Assembly (NCBI RefSeq): GCF_030684315.1 | Contig: NC_081369.1 | Coordinates: forward strand, 2,656,689 to 2,720,688 | Direction of reading: 5' to 3' | DNA from: Stegostoma tigrinum | Taxonomy: Eukaryota | Length of the DNA stretch: 64,000 nt | Part shown: positions 61,330-64,000 of the stretch, piece by piece | Position numbering within the stretch: position 1 is the first letter of the stretch | Layout of the letters: each line of letters opens with the position of its first letter | Translations under genes and position numbers: made by a program | Notes under the pieces: model-generated | The model's input: only the letters and a program-made list of their open reading frames with translations | Database searches by the model: none | Told to the model about the DNA's origin: nothing

Positions 61330-64000
61330 ACACCTTTTCAGGCTCGGCTGGAACTTTGGCCAATCACCCAGTCGAGGTAATGCAGTTACCACTCATTCAA
61401 AGAAGGCCATTTTTACAGTAAACCTGTAACTTTCCACTTGTCTTCAATTGCTGACTTTAATGCCCAATGAACCATGAATGATTCACCCTGGTTTGGAGAT
61501 GTCATTGTTAACCCCACACCACACAACACCCATTAATGTCTTCAAAATAGATTATCAAAACCTTACATGAGCATGTACATGCTGCTCAATATCTTCAAGT
61601 CCTTTCTCCATTTGATATAGTTTGCAGGCCATTGCACATGTACATAAAATGAGAAACAATCAATTAACAATAATATGAACATTTGGATACCATAACGCTG
61701 GGAGTACTGCTGAAGCTTTCGGTGACCACCCATTAAGTATGACCCACTAATGATGCAAACATGACTCCTACATTGTCTGCTTTCTGAATCAGTTGATCAT
61801 GGCTGGATGTCATGACAATTTCTTGCTGTAAAAAGCTATGGTGTCCTGTTGTCAATGAGAACTAATCTGCTGATGCCTGGCAAAGAAAACATCACATGTG
61901 GAAATACCCAACTTGATACACAGTTATCACATCCCGTTCTTAGATTGTGTGGTGTTTATATCAAATTTAACCATAGAAAGCATATATTTTGTCCCTAAAG
62001 AGCTTGGTGGATGGTTCCTGTCCCTTATCATTAAGGTATACAATATCAGTGTTGGAATCAAACATATGGTTTAGGCCAATTTCACAGATGATTGCTCGAT
62101 GTTTCAATGATAGGGAATATATAAGGGACATACCAGGCCTTCTGGCTATTGTTCCTAATGGGTCTCATTGTTGTTATCCAGCCATGTGCCATAAAACACA
62201 GATGCCTGAAACAGATGAGGTCGGGTGATAAACTGGCATCATGTTTGCTGCTGTATTAAATTAAAAAATACAAAGAATAGGCTTTCTGTACTGTGACATT
62301 GCAATAACTCTTTACCAAAGCATTTAGAAGCATTAAGTTCATAATGGTGAGGTGAAATAATTCTTTCCAAGACAACAAATGTCCGGATTTCAATACATTG
62401 GTCACTTCATGTCCTTGTGCTAAACTGTATAGTGGGAGCAGCTTACAATGCATTCGGTTAGCTTGGGCACTCGGATTTATCTGGGTATGATACATTTCCT
62501 AAACGATGCTACTAGTAAACTTCCAACCCATGTCAGTCAAAAAACAACTGGCTAAATCTCTATGGGCTAATGATTTCGTCCACATAACAAGTAGTTTAAT
62601 AGCTTCCTTGGTTGGTGGCCCAGCTACAACAATTTTATATTGTAGAGTTTCAATACCCATGGAAGTTAACCAATGTATTCCTACCTCTGCTCAGCCAAGA
62701 ATAGTGAGGAGTGCATCTCTCTTGCCTTTCCTTTGTTACGTTAATGGTCTGTATTCAGAGCGACAGTGGGCAGTTAAATTATTTCCAATCGTTATCCCCA
62801 CTGTCACAGTAAAAACAATATTCGGTTTGAACACTGGAGTACAAATGTTATAAAACTACCAAAAATGGGGTAACTCTGTGGCATTTAATGGGCCTGGATT
62901 AAAGATCAACCATAATCATCCCCAATATTTCTTGGGGAAATGTTTGAAAGAAAATTTCTGAAGAAGGGTCTCGGCCTGAAGATGTGTGTGATTCAGTATA
63001 TAGCTAATTTATTGGACTGAAATACTTAATGCAATGCATGAATTAATAATTAATAATATGATTTAATGTGTGAGTTATAATCTATGCATATATGCATGAA
63101 GGCGAAATGGTTAGGTTAAACTGCAGAGATATACATTAAACATGTGAGTTTCACACTGCCTTTCCTCTCCTTGGGGACTTTGGCAATGGCAGTACTTGGA
63201 GGTCTATCTCGAATACCACGGCACCTGTCTCAAGCCCAGTAGCTTCAGTCCAATGAATGGGGCAAAGTGCCCAACATTATTACCATTCTAAACCTGAAGG
63301 GCCTCAGCCTCCCTGCTCCTCTGATGCTGCTTGGCCTGCACCGTGTTATTTCAGATTCTCCAACATCTGCAGTTCCTACTATCTCATAATCATCCCCAAG
63401 TTGGTTTGTGTCCCATTATCTCTGCTGCATTTTGACTCATCTGCTTAGCACCCAGCATATGAGCCACTACCAGGCAACATCACGCTCAGGAGCTGTGTCC
63501 CAAAGTCATAGTAAGAAACCAGTGCAGTGATGAGGTGTAATTGAGTTGTAAGGGATGTGCATCTTCAATAACCCAATGTCATCATAAAGTTTTGGGCCAT
63601 TTCTTTCGCAGTCCAGGTTTGCAGCTCACTGATTTTTTTTTTCCTCACTTTTTCAGGAATCACATGCTCTACCCAACCCATTGTATTCTCAGCAAAATAA
63701 CATTCTGGTTAGATTTCTGGGTTTTCTTAAGAATAAACTCTGAACCTCTATTCTGAAGCTGAGTCAAAGTTGCTATGTCAATGGCGAATGGGTCTTCTAA
63801 AGAGCCACATAGCAATATATCATCAATATAAAGGGCTGTTATATCACTGGAGAGAGAAAATATCTCCAGATCCTGGCTATTAAACCATGGCAGAGAGTTG
63901 GACTGTGCAAGTAGGCCCCTTGCAACCCACAAACTGTGTGCTCTCTGCCCTCCCATCTGGAAGGAAACTGATTCTGTGAATTCGCATCAAGGGCAATGGA
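61330..64000 (-). mobile_element. Endogenous retrovirus 3, class III-like: RT (63400-64000), env (~61590-62930), probable 3' LTR fragment; runs off the window
   Basis: SQNQFPSRWEGREHT, ALYIDDILLCG...LQNRG...VILLRIQWVG; env RKGKR|DALLTILG*AEVG..LTSMGIETLQYKI at ~62640-62732 and H*WVILNGWSPKASAVLPALWYP at ~61680-61750. Confidence 0.75.

Overview
Eukaryotic, repeat-rich genomic DNA. The repeats (HE1/V-SINEs, a Deu-SINE, CR1-type LINEs, Tx1, many Penelope-like elements) point to a cartilaginous fish, probably a carpet shark; this is inference. The host-gene content is a cluster of non-rearranging immunoglobulin-superfamily receptors with leader - V(J-joined) - C1 exons. One gene looks intact (+ strand, 17764-24920, 7 exons, 356 aa by manual splicing): signal peptide, V, C1, TM and a four-tyrosine ITIM/ITSM tail laid out like that of SIRP-alpha. 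Four paralogues are broken (about 2.3-3.7 kb -, 42.1-47.7 kb -, 53.8-55.9 kb +, 57.6-58.6 kb +). They form two head-to-head pairs and two sequence subfamilies. Between the genes lie three decayed endogenous retroviruses (one with a tRNA-Ser PBS and env remnant, one class III-like with env, one env-tail/LTR fragment), a ~6-kb segmental duplication, and many Penelope termini carrying a minimal hammerhead ribozyme motif, including short insertions with clean target-site duplications. All exons and translations were read by hand; repeat boundaries are approximate.
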